The translations under genes and the position numbers were made by a program. Source: a virus (taxonomy: Duplodnaviria > Caudoviricetes). Taken from it: a stretch of 31,251 bases of DNA. The DNA lies in IMG/VR virus record IMGVR_UViG_3300020414_002094, positions 1 through 31,251 of that record, one strand, 5' to 3'. Each line of letters opens with the position of its first letter. The stretch's first letter is position 1. Of this stretch, positions 1 to 8,815 are shown piece after piece. The notes under the pieces are model-generated. The model saw nothing but the letters and a program-made list of their open reading frames with translations. It searched no databases and was not told the origin of the DNA.

Positions 1-1
1 A

Positions 2-229
2 TTCTAAAGTCTGGTCATGGAGATTGGCAACGTCTTGTAATCCTTCAATACTATACCACGGTGCAGTCTCCCAATCAAATCCATCACCAAAAGTGTTATC
101 TGCCTGGACAATATACCAGTGACAAGATGTATCAGGAACATCTACAGCACAGTTGCTCCAGTCATCATTCCATTGTGGAACTTGCACCCATAATGTTACT
201 GCTAGCAGGATGTTAAGTAGAGCGGGCAT
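2..229 (-). CDS. hypothetical phage protein with hydrophobic N-terminus (runs off left edge)
   Basis: Translated by hand from ATG at 229: MPALLNILLAVTLWVQVPQWNDDWSNCAVDVPDTSCHWYIV...; the frame is open to the window edge and overlaps the upstream small ORF. Confidence 0.7.
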   Translation of the reverse strand, partial: MPALLNILLAVTLWVQVPQWNDDWSNCAVDVPDTSCHWYIVQADNTFGDGFDWETAPWYSIEGLQDVANLHDQTLE

Positions 230-350
230 TTTTAAGTGTTTCTAATAAGTGCATGTGACCATGAAAATACCCTGCAATAATAACAGCGAGAGTGCAAACG
301 ATTACACCCACGAACATTAAGATGGGTACAGTAGGATCCTTTAGTGCCAT
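213..350 (-). CDS. small membrane protein (45 aa)
   Basis: Hand translation MALKDPTVPILMFVGVIVCTLAVIIAGYFHGHMHLLETLKNARST*; one TM-like segment; fills the gap between neighbours and overlaps both. Confidence 0.65.
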   Translation of the reverse strand: MALKDPTVPILMFVGVIVCTLAVIIAGYFHGHMHLLETLKNARST

Positions 351-538
351 CTCTTTGTCTTAAGATAGTTAAGCACATCCTGACGGACATCCATCAGTTC
401 ATGATAACACCGTTGATTGTGAGCACATTGACGAAGTGCTGAGTCAGGTTTGATTACACTCTCGATGAAAATATCAAGACCTCGATTCCATTTGTCTTGT
501 TTACTTTCAAAGTCATCAATGTTGTTCTGATCCTTCAT
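341..538 (-). CDS. hypothetical phage protein (65 aa)
   Basis: ORF with a 4-nt overlap with the upstream gene; GGAGG lies just upstream of the ATG. Confidence 0.75.
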   Translation of the reverse strand: MKDQNNIDDFESKQDKWNRGLDIFIESVIKPDSALRQCAHNQRCYHELMDVRQDVLNYLKTKRWH

Positions 539-738
539 TTAATAACCTCCCAATGGTCATCGGATGATTCGTTCATCCAAAAGAAGTATTTACCCGAGAT
601 AGAACGTAGGAAAACTTTGTTACCCTCTCGCTTCTCTACACGGCAAGAATGTAAGAGGTCCATCTGATTAGCAAAACGATTCTTCGCTTTACTGGTTTTG
701 GGACGTACACAAATAAACTCAGTCTTAGTAATAGTCAT
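535..738 (-). CDS. hypothetical phage protein (67 aa)
   Basis: ORF track starts at GTG 756, but GGAGG at 750-754 favours ATG 738 (MTITKTEFICVRPK...). Confidence 0.75.
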   Translation of the reverse strand: MTITKTEFICVRPKTSKAKNRFANQMDLLHSCRVEKREGNKVFLRSISGKYFFWMNESSDDHWEVIK

Positions 739-762
739 AGTTTGATTAACCTCCACAAAGGT

Positions 763-790
763 ATTCTACAGGATTTTTAGAATTTGTCAA
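763..790 (-). promoter_or_regulatory. sigma70-like early promoter TTGACA-16-TAGAAT
   Basis: -35 TTGACA at 790-785 and -10 TAGAAT at 768-763, upstream of the RBS and ATG 738. Confidence 0.7.
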
Positions 791-872
791 GAACAACAGA
801 GGTCACACGAACACCCCAGTTCATCAACCAGAAGAACGATGCAACGAAGATTAGTTTGTGTGTGGCAGTCAT
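777..872 (-). CDS. very small hydrophobic protein (31 aa)
   Basis: Hand translation MTATHKLIFVASFFWLMNWGVRVTSVVLDKF*, preceded by AGGGGG. Confidence 0.55.
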   Translation of the reverse strand: MTATHKLIFVASFFWLMNWGVRVTSVVLDKF

Positions 873-896
873 ACCCCCTGTGCGTTGTATGCACCT

Positions 897-931
897 ACTA
901 TAAGACCCCCTGAGGGTCTCTCAGAGGGTCT
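897..931 (-). promoter_or_regulatory. inverted repeat next to a -10-like TATAGT (operator/terminator candidate)
   Basis: Arms agaccccctgag (903-914) and ctcagagggtct (920-931), 12 bp with 1 mismatch and a 5-nt spacer; TATAGT at 902-897 on the minus strand. Confidence 0.5.
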
Positions 932-963
932 GTGGACGGTTTATGGAGTGTCTCAGTTCATCC

Positions 964-1476
964 TCAGTTGTCGGTCACATAATAGTTAAAATTGATGTTG
1001 ACCCTACAAGTTTGATCTGTACATGTTGTAGCTCGATGTGGAATTGATGGATCAAACAAAATTAATCTATTTTCCACTGATTTTATTTTTTTATTCTTAA
1101 AACAAGTAAACCCATTATTAGTGTTGATACAAAATATAGCACCTTTATGTGGATTTAAAAAATCTGTATGCCAATCATGATATACTCTTCTTTTCATTGA
1201 AGGATACATATTTCCTTTTGCTCTTGCCAATGCAGATTGATCATATGGTATTTTATATAAGAGAGGTTGTATCAACTGCAAAAATGCATTTGGGTCAGGT
1301 GCTTTATAATGATAAAAATGATGGGCAAAATACATACCATCTCCACCTTTATAATAACCTACTCCTCCATTAGGATCCGTAAACCATGGAAACCTATCTG
1401 ACATCATCATTCTCTGAATACTACGAAAATGATAAGTATCTAAAAAATTATCAATAACAGAGACATTATGTTTCAT
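964..1476 (-). CDS. 2OG-Fe(II) oxygenase-like protein
   Basis: VIDNFL N-terminus, HTD...H motif, and RVNINFNY C-terminal strand. Confidence 0.75.
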   Translation of the reverse strand: MKHNVSVIDNFLDTYHFRSIQRMMMSDRFPWFTDPNGGVGYYKGGDGMYFAHHFYHYKAPDPNAFLQLIQPLLYKIPYDQSALARAKGNMYPSMKRRVYHDWHTDFLNPHKGAIFCINTNNGFTCFKNKKIKSVENRLILFDPSIPHRATTCTDQTCRVNINFNYYVTDN

Positions 1477-2048
1477 AGTTTATAATCAAAAATTTTGAAG
1501 TCTTTTTCGTAGAGTTCGTGTATCTTTTTCTTAGTATCTTCACTCATCTCTACTCTTGACTTTGGAAGAGTTTTAGACTTATTTAATAGAGGTAATCCTG
1601 ATACTCCTATTTTTTTTAAATCAGAATTCAATGATTCGTATCTAACGACTTTATCTACTATTATATCATCACCATCACAAATAAACTTATATTGTGGGTA
1701 TAAAAACCACCTAAAAAGTTTACCATTAAAATTATTATACACGTAATCAGCAAATTCATTGATAGTAGGACCTATCTCGGGCAAATCTGCTGATGGATGT
1801 GATAACCAGGGATTAGGACCCACAGATCCACCCAGAATAAATTGATAGATGGATACAAACCTACAAAAAGGATTCCTAACGATTGAAAACTTCGTATAGG
1901 AATCCCAATAAGAACTATAGTATTTTTTATATTCTTCCCAAAATGAATCGGTTAATCCATCATCACTGTTAAAATGCTCTTTGATGGATGAACCTGCGTT
2001 TTTTGTTATGTGAATAAAAATCAATCGTTTATCATGACAAATAGACAT
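1473..2048 (-). CDS. sulfotransferase (Sulfotransfer_2-like)
   Basis: PAPS-binding motifs IFIHITKNAGSSI and FSIVRNPFCRFVS; also PQ..F, RYESL..DL and Y.KDF..F.Y. Confidence 0.85.
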   Translation of the reverse strand: MSICHDKRLIFIHITKNAGSSIKEHFNSDDGLTDSFWEEYKKYYSSYWDSYTKFSIVRNPFCRFVSIYQFILGGSVGPNPWLSHPSADLPEIGPTINEFADYVYNNFNGKLFRWFLYPQYKFICDGDDIIVDKVVRYESLNSDLKKIGVSGLPLLNKSKTLPKSRVEMSEDTKKKIHELYEKDFKIFDYKL

Positions 2049-2050
2049 TA

Positions 2051-3145
2051 TTAACTTATAGCATAACTAACGATTACAAGACCATGCCCACCAGCAGCGC
2101 CATCGCCATTAGTGGGAGATGCGTATCCACCGCCACCGCCACCACCAGTGTATGCCTTTCCGGGGGCGTTAGCATCTCCACCACCGCCAGTTCCACCAGA
2201 ACCTTGAGAACCGTGGTTCATTCTATAGTTAGCGCCTCCACCGCCACCGCCATATAGTCCAGTAGGTCCAACGTTGTTTTGAAAGTCAACTCTTGTTGGA
2301 GCAGGGATACCAGGACCAATAAGGGGACCAGGATAAGCTGGGAGTGCCACACCATTGCCACCATCACCACCAGCGTTAGTTCCATCAGCCGAGGGAGCTT
2401 CACCCGCTCCACCACATCCTGATCCACCACCACCAGATCCATAAATGGACGTGCCAGTGTGTCCAGCATTTCCGTAAACCGTAACAGTTCCAGGACAATT
2501 GGGATAGACAGGGGCGTTTGGAGGTGCAACAAGACCACCACCGGTGTTTGATTGTGCTCCTCCACCACCGTTACCACCACCATGGGCAGCTCCAGGAGTT
2601 CCACTACCAGAAGTAGCACCACCACCGCCACCCTTTGCCGTCAGTGCAATCTGTGCCTGCGCTGGTCCAAGAGCAAAAGGACTGAAATCAATAACTGAAT
2701 CACTACCGTTTGTACCACGTTGCTCATCGGAAGTCTGTGCAGCTGCTCCAGGACCAACGGTTACTGGATAACTAACGGGACCACCCGAAGCACCATAAAT
2801 TTGATAACTGCTCAAATAAACAGCGCCACCACCACCAGCGCCAGCACTTCCAGCGTAGGATGGTCCAGATTTACCACCAGAACCTCCACCTGCTAAGATC
2901 AATGCATTTATAGTGCCATTCATTCCTGGACCAGGAGCAACAACTAAGGAACCACTAGAAAGAAAAACGTGATATTTATTTCCATTTCCAGGAGTTAATA
3001 CCGCATCTCCACCAGTCACCGTAAATGGTCCTGATGCTGCTCCTGCTGCACCACCTAACGAAATCCCAGTTCCTCCACCACCAAATCCAGTTAATGAGAG
3101 AATAGGTGACTCTTTTACATTGAAAAAGTTACTAAAAAATGACAT
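2051..3145 (-). CDS. Gly/Pro-rich adhesin-like virion protein (class I)
   Basis: KESPILSLTGFGGG leader, PGNG.KYHVFLSSG, many GGGGG runs, GPTGLYGGGGGG, and C-terminal GHGLVIVSY; strong RBS AGGAGG. Confidence 0.8.
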   Translation of the reverse strand: MSFFSNFFNVKESPILSLTGFGGGGTGISLGGAAGAASGPFTVTGGDAVLTPGNGNKYHVFLSSGSLVVAPGPGMNGTINALILAGGGSGGKSGPSYAGSAGAGGGGAVYLSSYQIYGASGGPVSYPVTVGPGAAAQTSDEQRGTNGSDSVIDFSPFALGPAQAQIALTAKGGGGGATSGSGTPGAAHGGGNGGGGAQSNTGGGLVAPPNAPVYPNCPGTVTVYGNAGHTGTSIYGSGGGGSGCGGAGEAPSADGTNAGGDGGNGVALPAYPGPLIGPGIPAPTRVDFQNNVGPTGLYGGGGGGANYRMNHGSQGSGGTGGGGDANAPGKAYTGGGGGGGYASPTNGDGAAGGHGLVIVSYAIS

Positions 3146-3157
3146 TAGCTACCCTCC

Positions 3158-3961
3158 TCAAGAAGTCTTACTGTGATTGCCGATGACCGTAAACGTTGCG
3201 TTCGCTGTCTTAATAATAGTGAAGGAATGAATATCAACTCCACTGGAACCACCACTAGAGGGAGCAGAACCTCCAATCCAATTTTCTGTTTGTGCTCCAC
3301 CATCAATCGTCATTTGTGCTGAATATGCAGATGCATTTGCAGTTGTAATTAAGGTAACAACGATAGACTGACCAATGCTCATTCTGGCATTAAGTGCAGT
3401 AGAACCATTGTATCTGATGTTTGGTGTTGATGTGGTAGATTCTGCCGTGGTGAACAGATGAACCATTCCATCTTCAACGTTGATGTTTGTATTATCGCTT
3501 AACTTACCAGCAGTTACATTAACTTCTTCTGCCAGAATATCTTCAAGATTTAATCCACTATGGAAAGTTCCGATTCCAGTAGCAGTGACACCAGCACCTA
3601 AAACTGCGACTCCTGATCTTGCAGTTACAATGCCGATGGAGTCAACATTAACAACATCTTCGTAAGAGAGTTTACCACTGAAGGTAGCGGCAACACCCGT
3701 AATATTTCTGACAGAGACATCACCAGAGAAAGTACCAGCAGTGCCAGTGATATTACCACTGAACATTACAGCGGTCGCGATGCCAGTAGAATTTACTCCC
3801 TTAACACTAATATCTGGAGTCCCCGTTAATCCAGCGGCGCTAGTGGCAGAACCGTCAAAACTGGTGGCAGTGGCAACACCAGAGACATTTATACCTTTAT
3901 TAAAGGAAATTGGTGATGCACCATCCTCAGATTTTATAGTGTTAACCCTAATTTCAGACAT
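3158..3961 (-). CDS. short fibre-like carrier protein
   Basis: MSEIRVNTI N-terminus, YEDVVNVDSIGIVTAR module, and C-terminal KLS..NI..E.GMVH domain shared with 20251 and 22068. Confidence 0.8.
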   Translation of the reverse strand: MSEIRVNTIKSEDGASPISFNKGINVSGVATATSFDGSATSAAGLTGTPDISVKGVNSTGIATAVMFSGNITGTAGTFSGDVSVRNITGVAATFSGKLSYEDVVNVDSIGIVTARSGVAVLGAGVTATGIGTFHSGLNLEDILAEEVNVTAGKLSDNTNINVEDGMVHLFTTAESTTSTPNIRYNGSTALNARMSIGQSIVVTLITTANASAYSAQMTIDGGAQTENWIGGSAPSSGGSSGVDIHSFTIIKTANATFTVIGNHSKTS

Positions 3962-3988
3962 CGTTTCTTAAAATCCTTTTCTATACTT

Positions 3989-3996
3989 TATTTATC
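3989..3996 (-). promoter_or_regulatory. T4-type late promoter GATAAATA
   Basis: NATAAATA about 28 nt upstream of ATG 3961. Confidence 0.6.
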
Positions 3997-4396
3997 AAAA
4001 TACACCTAGGACATTTGTATGTAAGGTGGTGCCAGATCCAACGTGGAATGTTGCACCAACTCCTACATAAACGATCCCTTCTCTGATAAATGCCATATTT
4101 CCTGAGGCAGCATCAGATTCAACAGAAATAGATGTTCCTGCACCAATGTTTACCTGTTGTGGTGTCTTGAAGAAAACATTGAGCGGTGAGGTTTGATCAG
4201 TTGAAAGCGCAGTAGCAAATCCACTAACACCAGTTAACTCACTTCCATCACCAACCACTTTAGTTGCAGTGATAGTACCATCAACATCTAATTTAGTTGT
4301 AGGTTGTGTGCTGCCAATACCAGCACGACTATTATCACTATCCAGAGTGAGTAAATCTTGTACTGCTAAATTGGCAAGTGTTACTGCTCTAGTCAT
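3995..4396 (-). CDS. short fibre/branch protein (MTRA type)
   Basis: GIGSTQP..KLDVDG and GDGSELTGV fibre modules; collinear with the first ~130 aa of 11493..13190. Confidence 0.8.
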   Translation of the reverse strand: MTRAVTLANLAVQDLLTLDSDNSRAGIGSTQPTTKLDVDGTITATKVVGDGSELTGVSGFATALSTDQTSPLNVFFKTPQQVNIGAGTSISVESDAASGNMAFIREGIVYVGVGATFHVGSGTTLHTNVLGVF

Positions 4397-4416
4397 TATG
4401 CCAGTTACTTTCTAGT

Positions 4417-4424
4417 TATTTATA
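4417..4424 (-). promoter_or_regulatory. T4-type late promoter TATAAATA
   Basis: Exact consensus about 20 nt upstream of ATG 4396. Confidence 0.8.
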
Positions 4425-4614
4425 TTCCAGCACCGCCACCTTCTTGAATGGGTGCTAAAACCCATTGCAGGTTATCTTCATCCCAATTCCATATTTGTCC
4501 ATCAGTAGGTTGAGGTGTAGGTGGTGTCCATTCACCATCAACTAAACTCCACGATGGAAACATATAAAGTGCTTCGTACTCCGACTGACTTAATCCTTCC
4601 GATGAAATTGCCAT
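4420..4614 (-). CDS. small Trp/Pro-rich phage protein (possible fibre accessory)
   Basis: PSWSL...WTPPTPQPTDGQIWNWDE...W motif of a type I recall beside Gly-rich phage tail genes. Confidence 0.65.
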   Translation of the reverse strand: MAISSEGLSQSEYEALYMFPSWSLVDGEWTPPTPQPTDGQIWNWDEDNLQWVLAPIQEGGGAGI

Positions 4615-4628
4615 TAGTATAATTTTTT

Positions 4629-5258
4629 TTAAATATTTAGTTCCATCGTCTTTACATCACTTACATTCCCTTTGACAAAACAATTAAAGGAGAGACTAAA
4701 ACGACTTTGATATGAATTATTGCGCTCAACACTATGAAGAAGATGTGATGGAAAAATAAACAAATCTTCGGACACGGGATTCATACTCCACGATCTTGAA
4801 TTGTAAATATTATCATTCTCTACGTCTGGAAATATGGTTGATGTCATAAATGTTGGAAGAGAATGTGGAGCATGAAAAATTAACTTTCCACAGTTCTCAT
4901 TAGGAACGTCCAAGTACAACACTCCACTAAAAATTGAGTTGCAATGCACATGTGCTTGTGCAAAGTCACCACTATCATGTTTATTAATCCATGATGATGT
5001 AATATATAAATTAATTTCTTTAAGTTGCAAAACGTTGAATGCATAATTTTTTACATGCTCAACAATTTCGCATTTGATTCTACGAAAAATTCTTCTATCT
5101 AAAAAATTTTTCTCTTTAGTTGTCTTACCGTTTCCACTATCATATCCCTGATAATTCAGATGAGGAAGTTTATCATTAATGAATGATTTTTCCTTATCAA
5201 CAAAAAAGATTTTGTCCCGATATATCGGTGTGGAGAAGAGAGGAGTTATATCAGGCAT
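4629..5258 (-). CDS. 2OG-Fe(II) oxygenase-like, TIGR02466 type
   Basis: LFSTPIY, SWIN...HVH.NS.FSGVLY, FPSHLLHSV and RFSLSFN. Confidence 0.85.
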   Translation of the reverse strand: MPDITPLFSTPIYRDKIFFVDKEKSFINDKLPHLNYQGYDSGNGKTTKEKNFLDRRIFRRIKCEIVEHVKNYAFNVLQLKEINLYITSSWINKHDSGDFAQAHVHCNSIFSGVLYLDVPNENCGKLIFHAPHSLPTFMTSTIFPDVENDNIYNSRSWSMNPVSEDLFIFPSHLLHSVERNNSYQSRFSLSFNCFVKGNVSDVKTMELNI

Positions 5259-5868
5259 CTTTAATATTCAATTCTTCATATCCACCACAATCAATCTGCC
5301 CAAGTAAAAATGAATTAAACGCCACTGAAATTCTCCATTTGTTAGAGGTATTTACTGGAACTGAGTGAGTCAAGTTAGATGGAAAAATAACTAACATTCC
5401 ATCTTTCAAGTTAATTGTATAGTTTGAACTATTGAAGGATGTTTCTTCCCTTCTTCTATACTCTAAGAAATATCGGTTGGTTTTTTCAAATTCAAGTAAA
5501 GGCACAGAATCTTCGACTTGCAAATAATATATTCCACTCAAAATACTATTTGAGTGTTGATGAAATCTATGGCAATTACCCGTGTGTGAATAGTTACCCC
5601 AAGAATTAGTAATCTTTATTTTATTATCACACTTCATAATATCAGAAACATATGCTTCAAGATGTCCCTGCAAATATTTTTTAAACCTTCGCAATTTTCT
5701 ATCCTCTAGAATTCTTCCAGAGTAACTTGCGTGACAGTTATGATAATTGTTGTCATTATCTAATCTGTAGTTCCATATTACATCTCTTTCTTTTTCTGTC
5801 AAAGAAAATGATGGATCTAAAATAGAAACTACCGCTGTTGGAAATAAAGAATGAAGTTCGATTTCCAT
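5251..5868 (-). CDS. 2OG-Fe(II) oxygenase-like, TIGR02466 type
   Basis: LFPTAV, SWGN...HQHSNSILSGIYY, FPSNLTHSV and RISVAFN. Confidence 0.85.
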   Translation of the reverse strand: MEIELHSLFPTAVVSILDPSFSLTEKERDVIWNYRLDNDNNYHNCHASYSGRILEDRKLRRFKKYLQGHLEAYVSDIMKCDNKIKITNSWGNYSHTGNCHRFHQHSNSILSGIYYLQVEDSVPLLEFEKTNRYFLEYRRREETSFNSSNYTINLKDGMLVIFPSNLTHSVPVNTSNKWRISVAFNSFLLGQIDCGGYEELNIKDA

Positions 5869-5870
5869 GA

Positions 5871-6398
5871 TTAATTTAACTCATACTGAAATGCAATAGA
5901 CAACCTACCAAAGTCATTACATAACAGGTTGGGAGGGACAGGTTTATGATCTGTTTTACCTGGAAAGCATACACATCTTCCTGGTTTTGCAGCAACAAAA
6001 TGAGTCCTGAATCCTTTCTTAAATTTTGTGCCTGAACCCCAATACCACTTCCAAACAGGATTGACATACATTAAAACAGTGCTTCCTGATCTATCCTGAT
6101 GATAATTAAATTGATCTCCAGGTTTGATGCAATTCACATAGAAATGTCTTAATCTATTACAGTTAGGCAGTCCTGAGTTGCGAATATATTCATCAAAATA
6201 CGAAACCATGGGAATAGTTTCTAATGCTCTTACAAGATCCTCATGCTCATATCCTCTACCAAACGCCGCTTTCTTGATATTTGACCCAGGTTTATCAGAT
6301 ACCACAGTCCAATAAAAATTATGCCTTAAATCTAGATATGCAGAATTAACAGTTTTGCGGTCAATAAAATTATCTAACTTGATGATGTCGTTCTTCAT
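5871..6398 (-). CDS. 2OG-Fe(II) oxygenase (prolyl-hydroxylase-like)
   Basis: HQD, TVLMYVNP.W...WG.GT.F, KPGR.V.F...H and R.SIAFQ; start set at ATG 6398 (MKNDIIKLDNF). Confidence 0.8.
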   Translation of the reverse strand: MKNDIIKLDNFIDRKTVNSAYLDLRHNFYWTVVSDKPGSNIKKAAFGRGYEHEDLVRALETIPMVSYFDEYIRNSGLPNCNRLRHFYVNCIKPGDQFNYHQDRSGSTVLMYVNPVWKWYWGSGTKFKKGFRTHFVAAKPGRCVCFPGKTDHKPVPPNLLCNDFGRLSIAFQYELN

Positions 6399-6987
6399 AA
6401 TTCCACAATCCTTTTCTGATAATAATAAGTTGATTTTCAATATGCAGAGATTTAATCCACCATGAATAAAGGTTCATCCTTTCTGGATAATCAAGACAGT
6501 CAGTTATCCCATTTGCATTTAATAATAGTTGATATGCAAATTTTTCTAATCCATTACTATAACCAGCATTTTCAATACAGTATATTCCACCGTCAGCAAG
6601 AATAGGGAAGAGATTTTCAAATGACTGAATTATATCAGAGGCATCATGGGAAGCATCATCTATAATGATATCAAAAGATCCATATTTTTTCAACCTATCA
6701 TAAAACGAGTTCTCTCTTAAATCCCCGATTTCAAATTTAAGGGGATGTCTCAGTGGAATAATAATCTTATCACTATATTTTTCAACACCCACAAGAAGAG
6801 ACAACTTAGAAAAATATTTTTGCCATAAGTGAAGAGAACCTCCCTTGTCAATACCTAACTCTAAAATTCTAAGATTATCCTTATCCAAAAACTTTTTAAA
6901 TTCCTTATCATAAGTCTCTAGAAAATGATGTTTTTCAAATTCAACGCCATCCCAATCTTTTTCTAATTCTTGTAAAGTAGTCTGCAT
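6370..6987 (-). CDS. class I SAM-dependent methyltransferase (O-methyltransferase-like)
   Basis: ILELGIDKGGSLHLW..YF, FDIIIDDASH and L..GGIYCIE. Confidence 0.85.
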   Translation of the reverse strand: MQTTLQELEKDWDGVEFEKHHFLETYDKEFKKFLDKDNLRILELGIDKGGSLHLWQKYFSKLSLLVGVEKYSDKIIIPLRHPLKFEIGDLRENSFYDRLKKYGSFDIIIDDASHDASDIIQSFENLFPILADGGIYCIENAGYSNGLEKFAYQLLLNANGITDCLDYPERMNLYSWWIKSLHIENQLIIIRKGLWNYEERHHQVR

Positions 6988-7573
6988 GATAAAAATTTTT
7001 GTATGATGATTCTATTGGTTTTGTTACATTAAAATTGAATGACACTATTGTTTTTTGAGTATCATTCAAGAGAGGTGGTGCTCTATGTATGAAGAAACTT
7101 GGAAAAAAGATTAGGTCACCTTCTTCAACGTCCATACGACGAATTTTTCTGTTGTTGAATGGGTCAACAATTTCAGTGTTAGGTGACTTTTTATCTAGTT
7201 GAACATAATACACACCTGTAAAATTTTCTGCATGTGTATGCCACCCATGAGTATTGTGCTTCTTATATTGTTGAAACCATATACCACGAAATTTTATACC
7301 CTGATATGACATGGAGTATATCATATGAGTTAGTTCACTCTCAAGTAAAGGTAGAAAGTATTTTACCCATTCTCTATCATAATTATTGCAGTGTCTCCAA
7401 TCTAGTTTGGAAAAAGAATCTGGAAACTCTAAATCATTGATACGATAACCCTGTCCAATATCAACAGTCTCTCCCTCACATGACTCAAAAAATTTAAGAA
7501 GTTTTTGATTGATTGATTTGTAATCTTTTAGTTTAGATTTAACAACAGGGCAACTGAATTTATACTTTTGCAT
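6941..7573 (-). CDS. 2OG-Fe(II) oxygenase-like (HxH type)
   Basis: WFQQY....HGWHTH, FTGVYY, EGDLIFFPSFFIHR and KTIVSFN; ATG 7573 chosen as start. Confidence 0.8.
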   Translation of the reverse strand: MQKYKFSCPVVKSKLKDYKSINQKLLKFFESCEGETVDIGQGYRINDLEFPDSFSKLDWRHCNNYDREWVKYFLPLLESELTHMIYSMSYQGIKFRGIWFQQYKKHNTHGWHTHAENFTGVYYVQLDKKSPNTEIVDPFNNRKIRRMDVEEGDLIFFPSFFIHRAPPLLNDTQKTIVSFNFNVTKPIESSYKNFYHADYFTRIRKRLGWR

Positions 7574-8264
7574 AACAATGTGCTCTGTCACCATCACGAA
7601 ACACGAAATTGCAAATTAGGAAGTGTGCGTATGTGTCGTCTACTTTTTTAAATTTTTGGACCAATCTGTTCTGATTGGATAAAAGTGGTTGAGTACAATA
7701 TGGAATTTCTACTCCATTGTATATCAATACATCTCCAGTAGACAAAGAAATTTTAGTCTCTACACCTTGTTTCCATACAACATCTAACTTTTTCCTGTCA
7801 TCATACCAAGTTCTTGTTCTTATATAATGATTCCACTTTTTATTTAAGTTTGAACCTAAACACACTAAAACCTTTACCTCACCATCGTCTTCACTAATGG
7901 ATGGGGGAATAGAATCTCCTGAATGAAAAATTCTATCAGTATAATATGTTGTTAATAATTTTCTACCAAGGTGAAATTGTGCAAATTTTTTAACTTCATA
8001 ATAAAGATCTCTGTAAAGTGGATATCTTACTCTTTCAAAGGTATTACTTTCTTTATGAGTGTAATCATCAAGATTATGAGAATGAAAAATTCTTATTCCT
8101 TGCTCTGAATTGTCATTATTAGGAACTTTGGAGACATCTAAGATTGTCGGACAGTCCGATACACCTTTTTCGTAGTGAAGATATCCCAAATCATCATATT
8201 GAGAGTTCCAACTCCAGGAAGAAAGATAATTCTGTTTAATAATCTGTTCAATAGGATTTGTCAT
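7560..8264 (-). CDS. degenerate paralog of the 2OG-Fe(II)-like protein at 14353..15084
   Basis: Collinear (RYPLYR, LGRKL..TYY.DR, GD.LIY.G.E.P, final H...C.A) but lacks the HxD and distal His. Confidence 0.7.
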   Translation of the reverse strand: MTNPIEQIIKQNYLSSWSWNSQYDDLGYLHYEKGVSDCPTILDVSKVPNNDNSEQGIRIFHSHNLDDYTHKESNTFERVRYPLYRDLYYEVKKFAQFHLGRKLLTTYYTDRIFHSGDSIPPSISEDDGEVKVLVCLGSNLNKKWNHYIRTRTWYDDRKKLDVVWKQGVETKISLSTGDVLIYNGVEIPYCTQPLLSNQNRLVQKFKKVDDTYAHFLICNFVFRDGDRAHCYAKV

Positions 8265-8812
8265 GGTTTAACTGGGAACTTAATATCGAATCCAATACAT
8301 CTTCTAGTTATAAAGGAATTATTAGGATAAAAATGATGCAGAACTACAGAAGGGAAAAATAATATGTCACCTTCTTCAATGTTTTGTGGACTATACCAAC
8401 TTAGATACCCGTTGAATGGGTCATTAAATGGGGACACGAAAGTGGTTGTTTCATGCAGTCTTGGAACATAATCAAGATACATAACGCCAGAATACCCAAA
8501 TGTTCCATGATTATGAACTGACTGAAATTCTCCCTTCTTATATCTTACTGTCCAGATGTCCGTAATAAGACACTCTTCTTGGTTTATTTCATCCAACCAA
8601 TCATCGATTTCTTCTTTAAATATTTGAACAAAGTCTTTGATATAAGATTTACCATCGTTCTGCCTATCCGTGCCAAACGTATGTAAACCTTTCTTTTCAA
8701 TTTTTTTGTAATCAATGATATTGTTTATTTGCTTTTTCTTCTCCTTCCAGTTATTTGTTCTAACAACGTAGAGGGGAAGTGCAAACATATTGTCACTTCT
8801 GATTCTAAACAT
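8261..8812 (-). CDS. 2OG-Fe(II) oxygenase-like (HxH type)
   Basis: TDIWTVRYKKGEFQSVHNH, GVMYLDY and FFPS..LH; paralog of 13215..13763. Confidence 0.8.
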   Translation of the reverse strand: MFRIRSDNMFALPLYVVRTNNWKEKKKQINNIIDYKKIEKKGLHTFGTDRQNDGKSYIKDFVQIFKEEIDDWLDEINQEECLITDIWTVRYKKGEFQSVHNHGTFGYSGVMYLDYVPRLHETTTFVSPFNDPFNGYLSWYSPQNIEEGDILFFPSVVLHHFYPNNSFITRRCIGFDIKFPVKP

Positions 8813-8815
8813 AGA

